This document shows, in pieces, positions 26,376 to 41,164 of a stretch of DNA of 64,000 nt. The stretch is from Rhynchobatus australiae (taxonomy: Eukaryota), in NCBI GenBank assembly GCA_034780895.1, contig JAUZTB010000001.1, forward strand, positions 90,360,589 through 90,424,588, given 5' to 3'. Position 1 is the stretch's first letter; every line of letters starts with the position of its first letter. Made by a program: the position numbers and the translations under genes. The notes beneath the pieces were generated by a model that searched no databases, was not told where the DNA came from, and saw only the letters and a program-made list of their open reading frames with translations.

Positions 26376-28854
26376 AACCTTTCAGGATAAACTGAAATCA
26401 GTTTTGTTTTAAAGTTGTTTTTTTTTAAGCTTAGTTGCATAAAGAAATGAGCCAGCAATGACCTCCCTTCTTACATCTATTACCTGATATTTTCATCTTT
26501 CACTCTCTAAACATCAGTAATTAAACTCATTTCCTACTATTTTCATTCTGTCCACCTAGTTTAAATTGGTATCAAAATGATGACAGTGCAGAGATTTCAA
26601 ATAAAACAGTACTAAAGTGATGCAATCCAAATCATTCCATAGCAAGAACTCACTTGCATCTCGTGCACAGCCTTGGTCACCAGAGGAAGACTAAGAAATC
26701 ACAATTTTTTCCCTAAATATCTGGCAATATCAGTAACACTCCCAATGTGTTGTTGGACTTTAAGCTTTGGATTGTTGTTTTGGGTTTTAACCAAAACAAA
26801 AAATCCAGAAATCTTAGGATTTTTTTTATATATACACACACCGATTTATTCCATACTTACGGTATGTGGTAAGGAAGCAGAATTTACCAATGCATTTTGT
26901 TTTATGGCTGTTGCATATGACTTTCAAAACTTGCACACAAATGACCAATCTAACCTCTCTATAGAGTCAGAAATAAAAACATCAGTAAGAGTGTAGGTGG
27001 AAATGGGGAGTAAAAACAAAAGGTGTGCTGCAGGTAGAAAAGCAGAAAGCTAAGCAGTGAGACTTTGTCACCACCATGAAGACATATTTCAGTCAAAACT
27101 TGACATCAATACAATTATGCAAAATAAATGTCATAAATGGCAAGACCACATGGAGAAAGGTAATGATTGTGGAGTATTCAGAGTTGAGGGGGAAGTAGTG
27201 ATTCAATTGAGCAGAATGGGAAGATTAACAGGTCAGTGAGGGTGCCTAGCCAACAGGGGATCTCTCTACCAAGTTGATCAAATAGAGCAACCTGGGAGAT
27301 AAATACTGTGAATAGAACAGCTTGAGTGGGAACAAAAGGAACAATATCACAAAGAAAGGTCTTGGCACGTGACATGAAATGGAGGCACTCACTACATGCT
27401 TAATTTCTCCGATAGCCACTTGACAAAGACGTGTAACAAATACAAATTGTTATTCGTTGACAGCATCTTGAAAGAGAAAAATGGGCTTTTTGTTGTAATG
27501 TTGAGTTTATACCCAAAATATTAATTGGTACACCTTTGCCAGAAAGTTTAAGCAGAAACTTTGAAAAGAAGCCAAACAACTAACCAAAACAATGCCTGTG
27601 AAATATTTCCAATCATTGTTCATGTGCTAATATTGGAACTTTAGCTAAGCTCTTCCTACATAAATTGCCTTAAATGAACGCCTAATTTCCTATGAAGTAA
27701 ATTGTTGTATGACCTTCTTTGGTTAGGATCAAATGAAACACAGAACAAAATAATCAAGGTTCCAAGGTCCACCTAGTTTGCTTTTCAATCATCCTGGCAG
27801 TTGTATTCTGCCATGATAAAGGAGCCTGATCTAAACAAAAATCAATATCTATGAATTAGTCTGCAACAGAGCCAAAAATGGGTCAATGAAAATCACCTGG
27901 CAACATGGAGCTTTGGGTAAAACAGCTTCAAAGTCACCTTTTCCATTTCAAGCATACAACACCTACCAAAACCATGTCTAAAATTACTTATATAACATAT
28001 ATCTAACCAATTTTGACTTGGTTCTAATTTGTATTGTTCTTCTGAGGGTTGTATTCAGTCCCTTGAACTGTAGTAGCTATGGAAATAATTTCTTACTTCT
28101 TTCAGTGAATGAAGCATTTTCCCTATTTAATTTCTTTATTTCACTATCACTGTTAAAAAGTTCAAAGAAGTAGAATCTTGAGCAATGATATGGAGAATCC
28201 TGTGTTCTCCAAGTCCATCTCATAGTCAATATACTGCCAAAGCCTGAAAGAATGCTCTCATCCATTTTGAAATTTTAGTTAAAAAGTTTTTCAGTAAATA
28301 TTACTAAGCTGCATACAACTTAATGGAATGAAAATATCACCAGGTCTCTAAAGCTGCCACCACTTCTCTCCTGAATAAAGCCTCTTGCTCTGAAGCCTTT
28401 GCAATTACTCTCCCACCTTCAAACACCCTTTCTTCTTTTAAGTCTTTAAAATATTGCTGCCTTCCAAATCCAGCCCCCAACTCTGGACAGCAGGTATTGA
28501 GAAAACTATATACAAATGATTTGGTTGGCTCTGTGACAAAATTATCCCTTTTTCCCAATGTGATTTGTGCTTTCTGTAGGGGATCCTTGGGGAAAAAAAA
28601 AGTGTTATCATCAAGCAAGCTACATATTGAATGAGAATAATGAATTCTCAGAGGCAGGAGGTAAAAAATGCTGATACTTTATTCACCTTTTTAAACAGTA
28701 ATGAAAAATGAATAAAGAATGTGTCATACCTGTGGGATTAAGGAGCAAATCGTAAACATAAAATCTTTTAAAATGTTATTCTGAGGGAATGACAATCAAC
28801 ACATATCCCCCACCTTCTCTGCAATAAAAACTAACTGGTTTTCTCTCCCTCTCT

Positions 28855-28975
28855 CAATTTTGATGAAGGAGATTCAATGTGAATTGCAATTCAATTTCCA
28901 CAAATGCTACCTGGTCTGCTGAGTACTTCCAGTTTTTTCTGTTTTTATTTCAGATTTCCAGCATCTCCAGTTTTT
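28855..28975 (+). mobile_element. Penelope-like terminal-repeat fragment
   Basis: tgatgaagg..ccacaaatgctacctggtctgctgagtacttccag..tttcagatttccagcatct. Confidence 0.65.
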
Positions 28976-31900
28976 AGATCTTCAAGAAATTAGTTATTCA
29001 TTTGAAAATGTTCATCAGTAATGCCTTATATGTGGCTTAAAAACTGAGCTACACTTTGATGAAGAAGGCTGAACATTCTCAATGGTCTGTACAGCGAGAA
29101 GTGGGCAAATGTACAATTACAATTGAATTCCTGATTCTGTGTGGATTACATCTATGAAGACTGCAGCAGCAGTCTATGGAGTAGTAGAGCATCATTGACA
29201 GCTAGTTCTGGTTTTTCGCATTTATCCAAGTGCAGATGGCAGAACTCATTGCCAGTTTTACATAATAATGATGGCAATTTGAACAGCCTTGTCATCATCA
29301 CAAAAGCAAATTCTGAGTTTAAAACTCAGGTTACAATGAGGTTTCTCTATGCAAAACAGTTTTTATGAGTCACACATGACAACCTATGTGATAGTACTTT
29401 CTGGTTCTGATTTCATTCTGGGTGGGATTGCTCTCTTCTGGTTAAACTCTTACCTCAATAGTGAAAGCCAGAGTATTTCCTGGAAGACTACTAATTTTAT
29501 TTCTTTTTAAATGTTTTATGAGAGGCACAGAACAATAAAATGAATCAGCTGATTGTGAAGCTATTTGACTTAAGTTTCTCACTTTTTAAGATTAATTTTT
29601 ACCAGAATATAGTTTCAACAGTCACTTTTCTTCTGCCGCAAATGCATTCAAATGCACTATTATACATAAGGTAGTGCTTTTGATCCAAGTAAACAACCAG
29701 TAAAACTCTTTGGAAGGAGGGTTGGAGGGAAGGGAAAAAAATAAATCAGTATCTGTTTTTAAAAGCTCAGAAAGCAAGACAAACAACGACACTTAGCCAA
29801 AAAGACAGAGGGATAATTCAGAGAACAGCAGTGGGGCAGTTTAATTCAGCCAACAATTTAGCATGATTACACACAGGATCCAAGAACAACAAAGAAAAAA
29901 AGCTTAGAGGGGCCTTCACAACAGGAAAGGGGTATTTAAAGATACAAATATTTGTCAGATCTCCACTCTTACAAGAGTCACTCCTAACAGATTTTTTAAA
30001 AATATGGTGTGTTTATTCAAATAATCTACATTGGGTCTCACTAATTCTGCTGGTAAATTTGGTAAATCAATTTTCTATAGTTAGGCTGCAGATTCATAGA
30101 TCCAGGTAAAACTGTGTCCAAGTGAGCTGACTACAGAGACTTTTTNNNNNNNNNNNNNNNNNNNNNNNNNNNNNNNNNNNNNNNNNNNNNNCTGGATTCC
30201 ACCTTTTTTTAAAGAAAGTTCAAGAGCAGCTTAAATCTCATATCCCAAAAGAGAATTAAGTCATCATTACTTGTAGTTTATAGCATCTGTAACATAATAT
30301 AACATTCCAATCATCGAAGAGTTGTAAAATAAAAATTTGACACCAAGCCAAAGGAAATATTATGAGCAGTGCTTCAAATTTAGTGAAACAAGTAGGATTT
30401 GAGGAGGATGTTGGAGAAAGAAAGATAGATAAAGTATTTCTTTTTATAGATTTTTTCCACTTTCCCCTCATCTGATTTCCAAGCATATATTGTCCATTTG
30501 ATCATCTCCTGCCCTCTCAACCTATTCCCAAAAAAGCTTCTGTTGACCATTCAACTTCCTTCACTGGTTGATACTGTTACTGGTTCTCTCTCCTCAGATT
30601 ATGCCCTCTCTCCTTCAGATCTGCCACCAGCATTCATGTCCTCAAAGAAACCCAAAAATCATAGATTTTCTCCATTTCTCCAATAATTTTTTTAGGACAA
30701 ATTCCTCATCCCAGGAATCAATCCAGTGAATCTATACTGCACTGACCACTAAGTGCATAAATATCAGACAACTTCAGTACAACTTGTGGAAAAAAGAAAA
30801 ATTATTTGATTTAGTTTTGCTTTTTAGTGGAACCTTTTACTTGAAAAACTGCAGTAGAAATCTTTAGAGGAGAACTGTTACAATCCCTGTAATTTTTCAA
30901 CAATGCGAGCATTAAATCAGGAATGCAGCCAAAAATGTCTCCATATCTCCAGTATGTGGAGCTAATTCTGTCCGGAAAGAAGTTATAATATAAATATTTA
31001 TTGATTTTTATGGAGGTGGGGTTTAATCTTTAAGATTTACTACAGTCATTGCAAGATTTACAGCAAATTTCTCAGAAAGAGTAATGTATTAAGTAGCTGA
31101 CAATCAGCTCATTTTAAATCAAGACTCCAAAAACAATGGTTATAAATTGTCCTCTCAGGATCACAGTAACCATGCAAAATGAGCTTGTTTTAGAGAACCA
31201 ATTCAGGCAATAAATGCTCCCTCAACAACATCCAGCTTTGGAAATCTGAGAAGCCATGGCAGATAATCAGAGTGGAGAGGGAACTTGGGTCCATCGCCAG
31301 TCATTTCCAAAGGTTCAAGACTTCCATGTACAATTTCATGCCAGTGACTGCTTTTTCTTATCACGTTCATTGAATCAAAAGGCATTGTAGATTTTTAATT
31401 CATTTTTAGAATTCACCAAATATGTTAAAATTCCAACACATTTATAATTTTATTGACTTAGAAATTCAATGCAGGTAAAATCTTCCAGTCAGCAAGCAAA
31501 ACAAGCATAAAATAAATTTTCTTTCACAATGATCTATAGTATTTCTGCTGGGCTCACAGAAGCTTGAATACAATTTACTGGTAACAAATTAAGTGTTTAA
31601 CGTTCACTACCAAAAAGATTGATGTATAATAAGTATTATACACTTGACAAAGATAATCAAATTACTCTCTGGGTCAGGGAATGCCTTGGAAATCAGCCAG
31701 CTTTTTGTTGTTTCACTTTCAATTGCCTAACTTCAAGATATACTTTTGACCCAAGGAATCAGAAAATTCCTCTAACATAGAAAAAGAGTACCATGTAAAA
31801 AAAACTGAACTAAATCACATAAAAAATGATACAAATTGGAATTGTGTTTATGAGGAAGATTTGGCAAGGATCAACCACACATCCAGACCATTCTATAAAT

Positions 31901-32624
31901 TCAAAAGGTGAAACAAGATAATGATAGGAACATTGATACCCAAGTATCCAGAAATAGGTATAAAAAACTCAAAACTATCCAAAGAAATATGCAAAGCATC
32001 ATTTGCAATATAATCACTAATATATCATCCTAACATAAATCCCAAGCCATATGATTTGGAACATATAAAACATATTCCTCAGGTAGCAACACACAATCCA
32101 TTTTACATTACTCTTTTAATTTAGTTGAGTGATGAGACTGAGATAAATAAAACACTGCACTCTTCTTTCTGTTTCAATTCTTAAGGCAACAGTTTTGAAT
32201 TTTATGCATCCAGCAATACATCATAAATGTAAATATCAAACACTATGCTCTATATTTGGATACAGAATTTGCTACCACATTCGTTAATCAATGGACTAAA
32301 AGACATGTCAAAGAAAATTGGGAATAGAAAAGTAAGATTGGATGGAGAAGCTGAAGGAAACTCAGATGGGGCAAGAACACAAACTTGTAGCTGCTGAGCC
32401 AAATATACATTTTCTGTGCTGTAGATATAATACTCCATAACAGCAAAGCTCAGATCATTTCTATCATGCAATTTGCAAGATGCTTTATTGGTTTAAAACA
32501 TATTTTGCCCTGCAGTAATATAGAAATATAACAATTTACTTTTTTATAGATTAGGCCACTACAAACAGAGAGGTTATGTAAGTAGTCCAACATCACACTG
32601 CTAGTCACATAGGACAGCAGCCAT

Positions 32625-32820
32625 TTAATCCTGGAAACACAAGCATANNNNNNNNNNNNNNNNNNNNNNNNNNNNNNNNNNCATCTGTGGGAAAAGAAAC
32701 TGAGCTGACACGTTAGCTCTGTTTCTCTTCCCACAGATGTGGCCTGACCTGTTAAGTATTTTCAGCAATTACTGTTTTTATTTTACATTTCCAGCATCTG
32801 CAGTTTCTTGATTTTTGATT
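32625..32820. mobile_element. Inverted pair of Penelope-like terminal repeats
   Basis: 27-bp inverted repeat at 32682-32739. The right arm continues as the standard unit ggcctgacctgttaagtatttt..tttccagcatctgcag. Confidence 0.7.
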
Positions 32821-33869
32821 TCAGGAAATGTTGTGGCAATGTGGTATTTATTATTCCCCTAAAATTTTCAGTTTTTTTCCCCCTACCTTCCAAACCAATA
32901 CTATTCAGTTTCTGTGACATTTCATCTGGTTTATGCACCCTACTTATGATCAAATACTCAATTTCTAATTGGATATGCAGGTAGAGGTGCCATTTCATTT
33001 AAATATATCAACCAAACTCCAAGAAAGAGAAGGCACATGAAGCTGTCACTTTCAACATTTACATTTGAAGTCTAACATAAGCTTCAGAGATCAGTTACAG
33101 TCACAGAACAGGGAATTTCAATAGCAGAACAGTCTCCGTTTCCATCAGACAAATAGGTTGAGCAACTTAAGTTCTAAAGTTCTTTATGGTATAAAAAATC
33201 CTTTATGATCAAGTTGAAAATACCACAGTAAAAAATTTAAGATCGGTATTTCATCTTATAGGAATATGGCCAGCACACATTACAGAAATGAGTGAAAAAG
33301 CCAGCTGAAACCAAGAGTTAAAGGTGTGAAATTTTAATGAAATATTTTATATATTAAAGGTATTACACTGGCACAGATGGATTCTTGTTACAAGGAAGCT
33401 TCAGTATCAATGTTTATTTGGCGTCATCAGTACTCACAGCAGCACCCACAGTCATGAGGTAGACCCAGCCACCTGTTGTACAAGTATAACATCTTTTTCT
33501 TCCACTGCTATAAAACTGTGGCAATGTGCAGAAAAGTTCCAAGGAATTGTATTAAATCCTAAATTTCTCTTAGAATGATATGCACATGTGAATAAACAAC
33601 TCTCCAGAAAATTCTTGCAAAACCATCAAAAGTCAATCAAAAGCTACCTTTTCCTGGTAAAAGAGTAACAAGATGCTAATTTTAATCTAAGGACTTCAAC
33701 CTTTCCTTCAAGCTTGTGATTTTAAAGCACGTTGTGTTAAATTGTTCATTCTTGACACAACTGGATTGGTAGAAGGGTTCAGGATTGAACTCTAATCGTT
33801 AGAGTTTTGAGGCAGCAGCTCTTCTCGCTCCAACATGGTGCTGCAGGAGATTCAACTCCAGTCCTTTTG

Positions 33870-34340
33870 TCACTTCTCACCATCCAACAACCCAAACATT
33901 CCTTCCATGACAAAGCAGCAGTTCACTTGTACTTTTTCCATTGTAACATATTGCATTCAGTGCTTACAACATAGTAATCTCCACTACAATAGAGAAACCA
34001 AGCACTGACTGGGTGGCAGCTTCATAGAACACCCCCATTCAGTCTGGGAGGGTAACCCTCAGCTTTCAGCTACTCGTCACTAAAATTCTCTATCCCACTT
34101 TGATCAGTCTTTGGCCCCCTACATTGTTCCAACGAAGCTCAGCATAAAATCAGGTCATCTTCCATTTAGATATTTTGAAGCCCTCAGGATTCAACAATAA
34201 ATATGAACATTTCAGACAACCAGTCCTTCTTGTGTCTGAACTGGCTAGTTCTGATGCACAGTCAACCACCTTTAACATTAGCTTGGTTTTTCCTCCCTCC
34301 ATAGATGATGCCTGATCTAATGGCTAACGCTAGTTACTTT
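33870..34340 (+). mobile_element. Penelope-like element, GIY-YIG endonuclease remnant plus terminal repeat
   Basis: Translates approximately KQQFTCTFSIVTYCIQCLQ..HYNRETKH*LGGSFIEH..LHCSNEAQHK..IFHLDILKPSGFN. Followed by agttCTGATG..ccatagatgatgcctgatc. Confidence 0.8.
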
Positions 34341-34770
34341 TTACATCTGGTCCCTCTGCTATGGAAAACAGTCTCCCTTTACATATCCTCCAATTTTCAG
34401 TATCTATATTATTTCTTCCCGTAGCCTTGTCTGCTCAAAGGAAACCTACCCCAGTTTATCNNNNNNNNNNNNNNNNNNNNNNNNNNNNNNNNNNNNNNNN
34501 NNNNNNNNNNNNNNNNNNNNNNNNNNNNNNNNNNNNNNNNNNNNNNNNNNNNNNNNNNNNNNNNNNNNNNNNNNNNNNNNNNNNNNNNNNNNNNNNNNNN
34601 NNNNNNNNNNNNNNNNNNNNNNNNNNNNNNNNNNNNNNNNNNNNNNNNNNNNNNNNNNNNNNNNNNNNNNNNNNNNNNNNNNNNNNNNNNNNNNNNNNNN
34701 NNNNNNNNNNNNNNNNNNNNNNNNNNNNNNNNNNNNNNNNNNNNNNNNNNNNNNNNNNNNNNNNNNNNNN

Positions 34771-35520
34771 AGTGTTTTATAGAAGCTTCATAAATCTTTA
34801 TTACCTTTGTATCACATGCTCCATTTTCAAAATCAATTATCTGATCAGCCTTTTTTTTGTTTGATATTTTTTGCCCTGCCTCTTTTTAAAACATGTATAC
34901 ACCTTACATCTTCCAGAAACACTTAAAATTTTTACCTTTTATTTGCTGCTCCTCTTTCTTTTCACCAACATTTACTACCTCAAATTTCCCAACTGTAAAT
35001 GTCACTCATCATGAGTCAGACAATACAGCAGCTTGTCAATTTCTTCCTCAAGTTTATTACTATTTCCTCATTATTTAATGTGTTTTTAAAGTTCCTTATT
35101 ATTGGTAAACTTTGAAATTATGTTTTTTTATATCCAAGCCCAGGTTTTTAAACATACACAAGAAAAGAGCTGTGCTTCCAACACAGATTCTCAGGGGACA
35201 CCACAGTGCACTGATCTCTGGTCTTAAAAACAACTGTTTGCCACTCCTTTCTGCTTCCTGTGCCTTAGTTAATACTGCCTCCCTACATCCCTTCAAATAC
35301 TGCTCTAACTTGTTAATTAATCAAAAGAACTTTATCAAGTTAGTTAAAGATAATTTACCTTTCACAAATCTGCACTACTTGTGAATTATTAGCACTTATT
35401 TTTTCCAAACACCAATTAATTTTGCACTAGATTACTTGTTTTACATGGGTCACCACCCCTAACATTAGGGCAACTGTTCTGCAGTTGGTGGGTTAATCCT
35501 TCCATTATTGCAGATCCTCT
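34771..35520 (-). mobile_element. Old CR1 RT remnant
   Basis: Degenerate reversed RT motifs (ggggacaccac; atcaagttagttaaagataatttacctttcacaaatc). Confidence 0.55.
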
Positions 35521-37739
35521 TTTAAAATCGGAAGTTTATTTCCACTGTTTCACTTCAGATACACAAAGAGAAGTGATCCAGTGCACTGTACACAAGAAAT
35601 ACCCCGAAGTATTTTTTCATGATTTTTTCACGTGCATCTTTTCATGAGGCAAGCTGCTCCTGTATAGACATGACCTGATCAAATGGATGCTCACTCAAAA
35701 AACAAAGTAATTCTAATTTGGTGAATTGATTTCTTCTCCATCAATTGAGTGACATAATGTCAATTGATTGAGAGTCAAGGAGTACCTATGAAGGGAAAGA
35801 CAGATTTCAGCCTGATGTTTGATCAAAATGCAAAAAGTTAACTGCCTTTTTTCCATTAATGCTATCTGATTTGCTGTGTGCTTCTACAATTTGGATCACA
35901 TTTTCAGTATGTCCTTTTTTTCTTCTGAATAAGCAGAGTAATAGTAGGAATCTCCACATCTTCAAAGCAAGCAGCATGCAGCATGAAAAAGCTCACAACA
36001 GGGAAGAACAGGACTTTAGATCTGTCTGTCTGACAAAAGTCTAGGCAGAGTTAGAACTAGGGACTGTAAAACTTTCAATTTCTGGCATTTTGCACCCATG
36101 GTTGCAAGATTGAAAATCTGCTCTGCCACTAATGCTCTTAATTCTTCAGTTATTGCAATATTTGCAGAGGCAATCAAGAATAAGTCAATTATTTACAGTA
36201 AGCTTCAACATTATGTGCATTATTTTTGCTGTAAAAGACACAGAAAATGCTAAGCCTCAATGAACAGCCTTAACTGAGTTTTAAATGGGATAATGAGTCA
36301 TAATTACAACCGCCTTTCTGGCAATGAAGAAGTAATTTTGTGTAAAGAAGCTCACTCCCTCAGAAGAACATGGGAATTTCTGCAACATTCACACTGAAGT
36401 ACTTGTGTATTTTCATTTACTTCATAATATTTTTATGATGAAGTTCACAATATTTCAACTTCAATCTTAAATCCTATATGTATGCTCCAAACTTTAGAGC
36501 ACAAGAAACAGCTGCAGTAGACCGTCCAACCATAAAAGGGTTGCTTTATCATTCGACAAAATCATTGCTGATCTTTTACTTAAAACAAGTAAAAGATATC
36601 TTTGGTCTTATACTGAAATCCTCTTGTAATGAAAACTGACATACCTTTTGCCTTTCTGTTGGCCTTTCCTCTTTTAGCCTTCTGTATAATATTTTGAAAG
36701 TTATTAAGAGGGAAAGAAGTACTTTTACTTCTTGGTTTGTTGTCTGTGGAAGTTCTTCAATCTGATTAGCATGCTGCCATACACTATAGGTCCCCAATAG
36801 AAGTCTATGGTTATTTGCAATTAAAAAGAAAGGACTGTATACCACAAAACGAAGTGTTTNNNNNNNNNNNNNNNNNNNNNNNNNNNNNNNNNNNNNNNNN
36901 NNNNNNNNNNNNNNNNNNNNNNNNNNNNNNNNNNNNNNNNNNNNNNNNNNNNTCTGTGAAAAGCTTAAACAGCATGCTGGAGCTGAAACCTGTATTTCTA
37001 ATGAGACTTCTTGTGTTGTTTCCTTCCTGAATTGCATACATGCTAGATTTCAAGTCATGGTTTCAAATTACTGGGTTTTGCAATTCTGGGATTGAAATTC
37101 AATTTTATCTGACATCACAACCAATAAATTCAGATGTTACTCCATTTTGTGTCTCTTAAAGCAGGAATCAGTTCACTGGATTGCTGAAGTTCAAGACAGC
37201 AAAAGATATTGTATCAACATATTGCAGGAAAGACATAACAATGGTAAATGAAGCAGCAGAAAAACAGAAAAGATTAACAAAAGCAGAAGTAGCACCATGG
37301 TGGATTTTAACTCAAGGCTTTTTGTGAGAACTGGTGAATTATTCCCACGTACAGGAAATACATGACCAAGTCCATGGCATTTTTCGAGATGACAATGGAT
37401 CAGCAGTACAGGGGTTCTGAAGGAATGAAAAATTAGCAGCCCATAGAAATACAATTCAGTGAGGGGGAAGGGGTTCCCAAAGGGTTTTGTGTACAGAGGG
37501 AGCAAAGGAAAGAGGCCAACTAGTGTTAAAGTACACCTGTCTTCTTGGTTTTACAAAGCAAGAGGAAAATAAGATTTCAGGCCCAACTCATCTCCCAGTT
37601 ATCTTCTAAATATGATTGCATAATTTATGCCTGAAATAAAACTGCAGTCAAGGTCCTAACGACAATATTAAGCAGTAGAAGTCCAAAAAAATTAGGGGGG
37701 GTGGTGGTGGAGAGTGGGAGCATAATAAATCATTACAAT

Positions 37740-38385
37740 GCCATCTACAGATACAAAATGGATAGAGCCTGATATAATGCTGACTTTTGCACCTTAATGA
37801 CTGGAGTACAGTGGTGTAAGAACCATTCTAAACTAGGGAAAAGCCTGCTTAGTCCACACCTGGGAGTATTGACAGTTCTGGGAACTATCACTGGGTCAGG
37901 GGGTGTACTGATCTTCAAATGAGTGCAGCAGAATGACACCTGGACTCCAAGAGTTAAATTGTGAAGACATGACAAGTTCAAGATTGTATTCTCTAGAATT
38001 TACAAGTTTAACATGTGGAAGTTTTCAAAGACATTAAGAGGAACTAATACAGCAAGTAAAGAAAAAAAATATTTATGCTGCTAGGCATTGGAGATACTAA
38101 AAATCAGCCAGGTCTTTCTGATATGAAACTAGAAAACTGTTCTGTTTGCAGAGAATGTTAGAAATTTGGTGAAGCACCTTTAGATCATGGCAACTGATAA
38201 CTTTAACTGTAAGATTAAAATTGTACAGCTAAAAATCTATTAATAGATTTTTAACAATACAATGAATAGATTTTTAAATCATAAGTAACCATGGATGAGA
38301 AAAATGTGAAATTAGCTTACAGACTGGCCACAAACACACAATGGCATTCAAGGGGCTAAATATTCTACTATGGTTTACCCACTTA
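37740..38385 (+). mobile_element. Old CR1 RT/3' remnant
   Basis: aaagcctgcttagtccacacctgggagtattgacagttctgg resembles LVRPHLEYCVQFW. Confidence 0.6.
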
Positions 38386-40763
38386 TGTTTAAAGGGGCCA
38401 AGCAGGTAGGGCTAAAATAAAACTCTTCAAAATTTAAGAACTTGTTTTACTCAAGAGAAATTATAAACAGGTTACATATATCATGGTTCTGAGTTCTGGC
38501 CCTCAGTTTGGCTCCTTTAATGCCTTGTTGTCCAGCACATGGATTCCATGCTGGANNNNNNNNNNNNNNNNNNNNNNNNNNNNNNNNNNNNNNNNNNNNN
38601 NNNNNNNNNNNNNNNNNNNNNNNNNNNNNNNNNNNNNNNNNNNNNNNNNNNNNNNTCCTGAGGAAGTATCCTGACTCCAGTCTTGTATTGGTGTGCTGCA
38701 TTTGGGTTCTCTGTGAGTTTGCTCTTAATCAATATTGTGACAACATAAATGCAAAATGATTGTTTTGACTTGTTGATACAACCATAACCCAATGGCTGGA
38801 GCTCCCTTTCTCAGATTTTCTCATGTTTACTCACTTCTGGTATTCATGTTAGATTGCAGTCCTTTACTCCCAATGACATTATGTGATAATGATCCCTGTG
38901 CTTCTTCTACCACAATTGTTAAGTAATTACTAAAAGGAAAGTATTTTAATTGAAGGAATGAGCAAATGAAGAGGGTCATCAGCTGGCAGCAATTCAATGC
39001 AAGCCTGTACCAGTGCTGTAAAACTGATTCCAAAATGTGTCACCTCAACATACAATCTTTCAAACATTTGATGCACATGATTTCAGAATGCAAAAAGGAC
39101 ATATGCAGAACCAATTCTAAAGAGGTTCTCTCTTCTTGCTAATTAATATATTAAGGGCATATTTTAATATATAAAAATAGAAACTAATTAAAAATTTAAA
39201 CAGCAATCCTTCAAATTGTTCTTCCAAGAGGTGGGAACACAAAGATTGAACAGTTCAAGAACATATTGATACATCATCTGCGAGTACTGTACACCCAAAA
39301 TAACCAAATCCCTTCATTCTCCTCGCTGGCAAATGATCCACTTTTGTGCTGCCATTAAGAGAAACTGCAATCAAAGAAAGGTCAATATGGACATCAGGCA
39401 GTTTAAATGACAGAGGATCATCATTTAGAACCAAAGCCAACACAAATCCCTGTTCTTCCTTCCAAATATTTGAATTAGGAGTAGAACTAATTAACTTAAC
39501 CCCTCAAGCCTGTTCCACCACTTAACATGATCACAGCTGATCCATTTGTAACCTCATTCTGTATTCACTGCTATGACCTTTCATCCTTTGCATATCAATA
39601 AACCATTTACCTCTGCCACAAAAATACTCAAACTCTGCTTCCATTGCCCCCAAGGAAGACAGCTCCAAAACTCATGATTCTGAGAAAATATATTTTGTCT
39701 TATCTGTTTTAAATGGATAATCCTTGCTTTTTAAAGTAACTGCTTGCTCTGGATTCCCCAACAAGAGAAAACATTCTCTCCACATCCACCCTGTCAAAAC
39801 CCCTCAACATCTTAAATATTTCAAATCAAGTCCCCCCTCACTATCCTGAATTCCAGCGCATGCAAGCCAACCCATTCAGTTATTCTTCGAAGGTCAATTC
39901 ATCCATTCCAGTCAAGTAAACATTCTCTGAACTGCTTTCAATGAATTAACATAAAAAGACCAGTACTGTCTACAGTTCCCCAGATGCAGTCTCATTCATG
40001 CCCTATTTAACTGACGTATAACCTCCTTACTTTTCAAATCAATTCTCCCAGCAATAGCAGTCTGTTAGTGTTCCTAATTACTTGCTATACCTACCTAATA
40101 GCATTTTTCTAATCAAGTACAACAGCACCCAGATCCCTCTGTAACTTCTCACTATTTTGATAATATGCTTTTTAAAATTTTTTTTCTGCCCAAATGGAGA
40201 GTTTCATATCTTTCTATTTTACACTCCCTTTGCCAGATTTTTGTCATTCACTCACCTCTGCACATCCCTTTGTGGCTTCTTTATGTCCTCCTCTCAGCTT
40301 ACTTTCCTATCTTTGTGTCATCAGCAAATTTAGCAAGCGTATCTTTGATCCCTTTAGACAATTTATTTATCTAAACTGTAAAAAGTTGAGCCCCCTGCAC
40401 TGATCCTGAGGCATACTACTCATTACATCCTACCAACCAAAATAAAAGACATTGATTCTTGCTCTCATTTTCCTATTTGGCATCTAATCTCCTATGCTCA
40501 TCACTTCCTATACAAGGTTTTATTTGCTGTAATCATTTTTGATGTGACACCTAACCAAATGCTTCTTGGAAATTTTAGTACATACATCCATCCATTCCTC
40601 TTGAAGCACAGCTCTTGTTACTTCAATAAATTTCCCTTTGACAAAATCACATTACCCTGAATCTTTTTGAAGTGTTGTGCTCTAACTTCTTTAATAATAG
40701 CTTCAAACATTTTCCCTTTGAAAAATGTAGTTACTAGCATGAAGCTTCCTGTTTTTTTTTCCT

Positions 40764-40842
40764 TCTCTTTGAATAAAGGATTTAGTTTTGGCATTTTTCA
40801 CCACCTCTCTTTGAATAAAGGATTTAGTTTTGGCATTTTTCA
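40764..40842 (+). repeat. Perfect 37-bp direct duplication with 5-nt spacer
   Basis: tctctttgaataaaggatttagttttggcatttttca at 40764-40800 and 40806-40842. Confidence 0.95.
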
Positions 40843-41164
40843 ATCTCATGGAACCTTCCCCTAATCTAGGGAATTTTGGAAAATTAAAACTAACACCACT
40901 ATCTCCCACTGGCCAGAATACAACATCTGTGATCTCTTCCATCTCGCTAGCCTCCTCTCATAAGACTAGAGGCTGAAACCCATCAAGACCAGGAGATTTG
41001 TCAGCCCATAGCTCCAACAATGCTTCATGCCACTTCCATGGTAATTGCAGCTTCTCAAGTNNNNNNNTCCTTTCCAATTCTCAAGTTAAAGCTATTTCTG
41101 GGGTGTTACTCATATCTTCTGTGTGAAGAATAATGTAAAATACCCATTTAAAATAGCTCTTCTT

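Noticed and set aside
33432-33510. Possible cassette exon on the minus strand (GTGAGT donor at 33437)
   Set aside because: Weak acceptors, all candidate lengths (35, 67, 70 nt) frameshift, and there is no homology support.
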